DNA of 64,000 nt from Harriotta raleighana. Its lineage: Eukaryota. The translations under genes were made by a program, and so were the position numbers. The stretch covers positions 4,680,261 through 4,744,260 of the forward strand of contig JBNZDD010013718.1 in the NCBI GenBank assembly GCA_050575255.1, written 5' to 3'. Below the pieces are notes generated by a model that searched no databases, was not told the origin of the DNA, and saw only the letters and a list, made by a program, of their open reading frames with translations. This document shows, piece by piece, positions 62,962 through 64,000 of the stretch (position 1 is its first letter; every line of letters starts with the position of its first letter).

Positions 62962-64000
62962 GTATGCAACAGAATTATTACAATTTATGTTGTTTTGCAC
63001 GCTGTTTCAAATATTATTGATTCTTTGCCTCTGTCATAAAACTTGGACAACATGTATCATTAAGTCAACACACAGGCCAAAAAACTGCAGGTGCTCTGTA
63101 GTCAATAATAATAATGACTGGTTTGGGGGCTAGCGATAATGGGAGAGATAATTCAACAATTCATTAATGTACCTAGATTCATTTGATTTATTTTTTTAAC
63201 CACTGTCTTTAACTTTGAAGCTAAACTGTAAGTTTGTTTTGTGAACTGTAGGGAATAATATTATTGTTGTACAATACAAAATTGAGTTAGTCATTTTTTA
63301 TACCAAAGGCAGGGATATGAGAATGAATATGCCACAATGGTGGATTTGATGGTGTTGAATTTACCAAATGATTATCAGTGTTTTGGAGAGAGGGCAGATT
63401 TCTGAGGTTCGGGTATTTGCACCCTGGTAAACATTTCCTAAAAATTCTGCTCTAATATTTAGGGAAACAGCACTGTTCTTATTTCAGGGCTGTTTCTAGC
63501 TTGTGTTGGATTTTGCATTCTGTTTCTGTCCCTAGTGGGATGTAGCTGGAGATCTTCCAACGAATTCTGCTTACTTGATTTCATACTCATTTATTTGTGG
63601 CTGGACATGCCCTTTGGGAATTCATACTCTTGTTTTTATTGTTCTGATCTAATCAGTTTCGACAGGGTGATGTCAACAGATTGTTATTAGACCCCAAAAA
63701 AGTTAAGGAACTCTCTCTGACATGATCACACAGCATGTTCGTACATCAGAGCTTACAAAAATACTTTGTGCCATCAAACATTTTCAGATATTTTGATATT
63801 TCTCAAAAAAGATACAGTCTCATGAATAAGTGACTCAATATTTTCCTTTGGAAATCAAGTAGTGTGATTCTGGTTCTCCGGCACAGGACTGCTGGGCTGA
63901 ATAACTGTAGATTTAGGAGTTTTTTCTTTCTTTTTTGTGCATTTCAAAAGCTTTGTAACTTGACTAAAATGTGAGAACTTGCTTCTTTTTAAGGTAGAAA

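Overview
This is eukaryotic (vertebrate) DNA, AT-rich. The whole window lies inside one plus-strand gene, ADAMTSL3 (punctin-2; a secreted matrix protein with TSR and Ig domains). I traced 23 consecutive GT-AG coding exons from 1545 to 62961 (4428 nt, about 1475 codons). All phases are compatible and there are no internal stops. The first and last exons lie outside the window. The repeat content (CR1 and L2 LINE ends, tRNA-headed and Deu-type SINEs) points to a cartilaginous fish; this is an inference. The introns hold three copies of a non-autonomous TA-flanked TIR element with an internal hairpin and a variable GC-rich minisatellite. Several short duplications separated by a single N look like uncollapsed haplotype overlaps from assembly, and one of them duplicates part of a coding exon. 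The most interesting points are a fourth, ADAMTSL1-like Ig domain, a possible punctin-1-like short isoform, and the modular TIR element. I found no convincing evidence of a wholly new biological system. All homology statements come from my recall of protein and repeat families, not from database searches.
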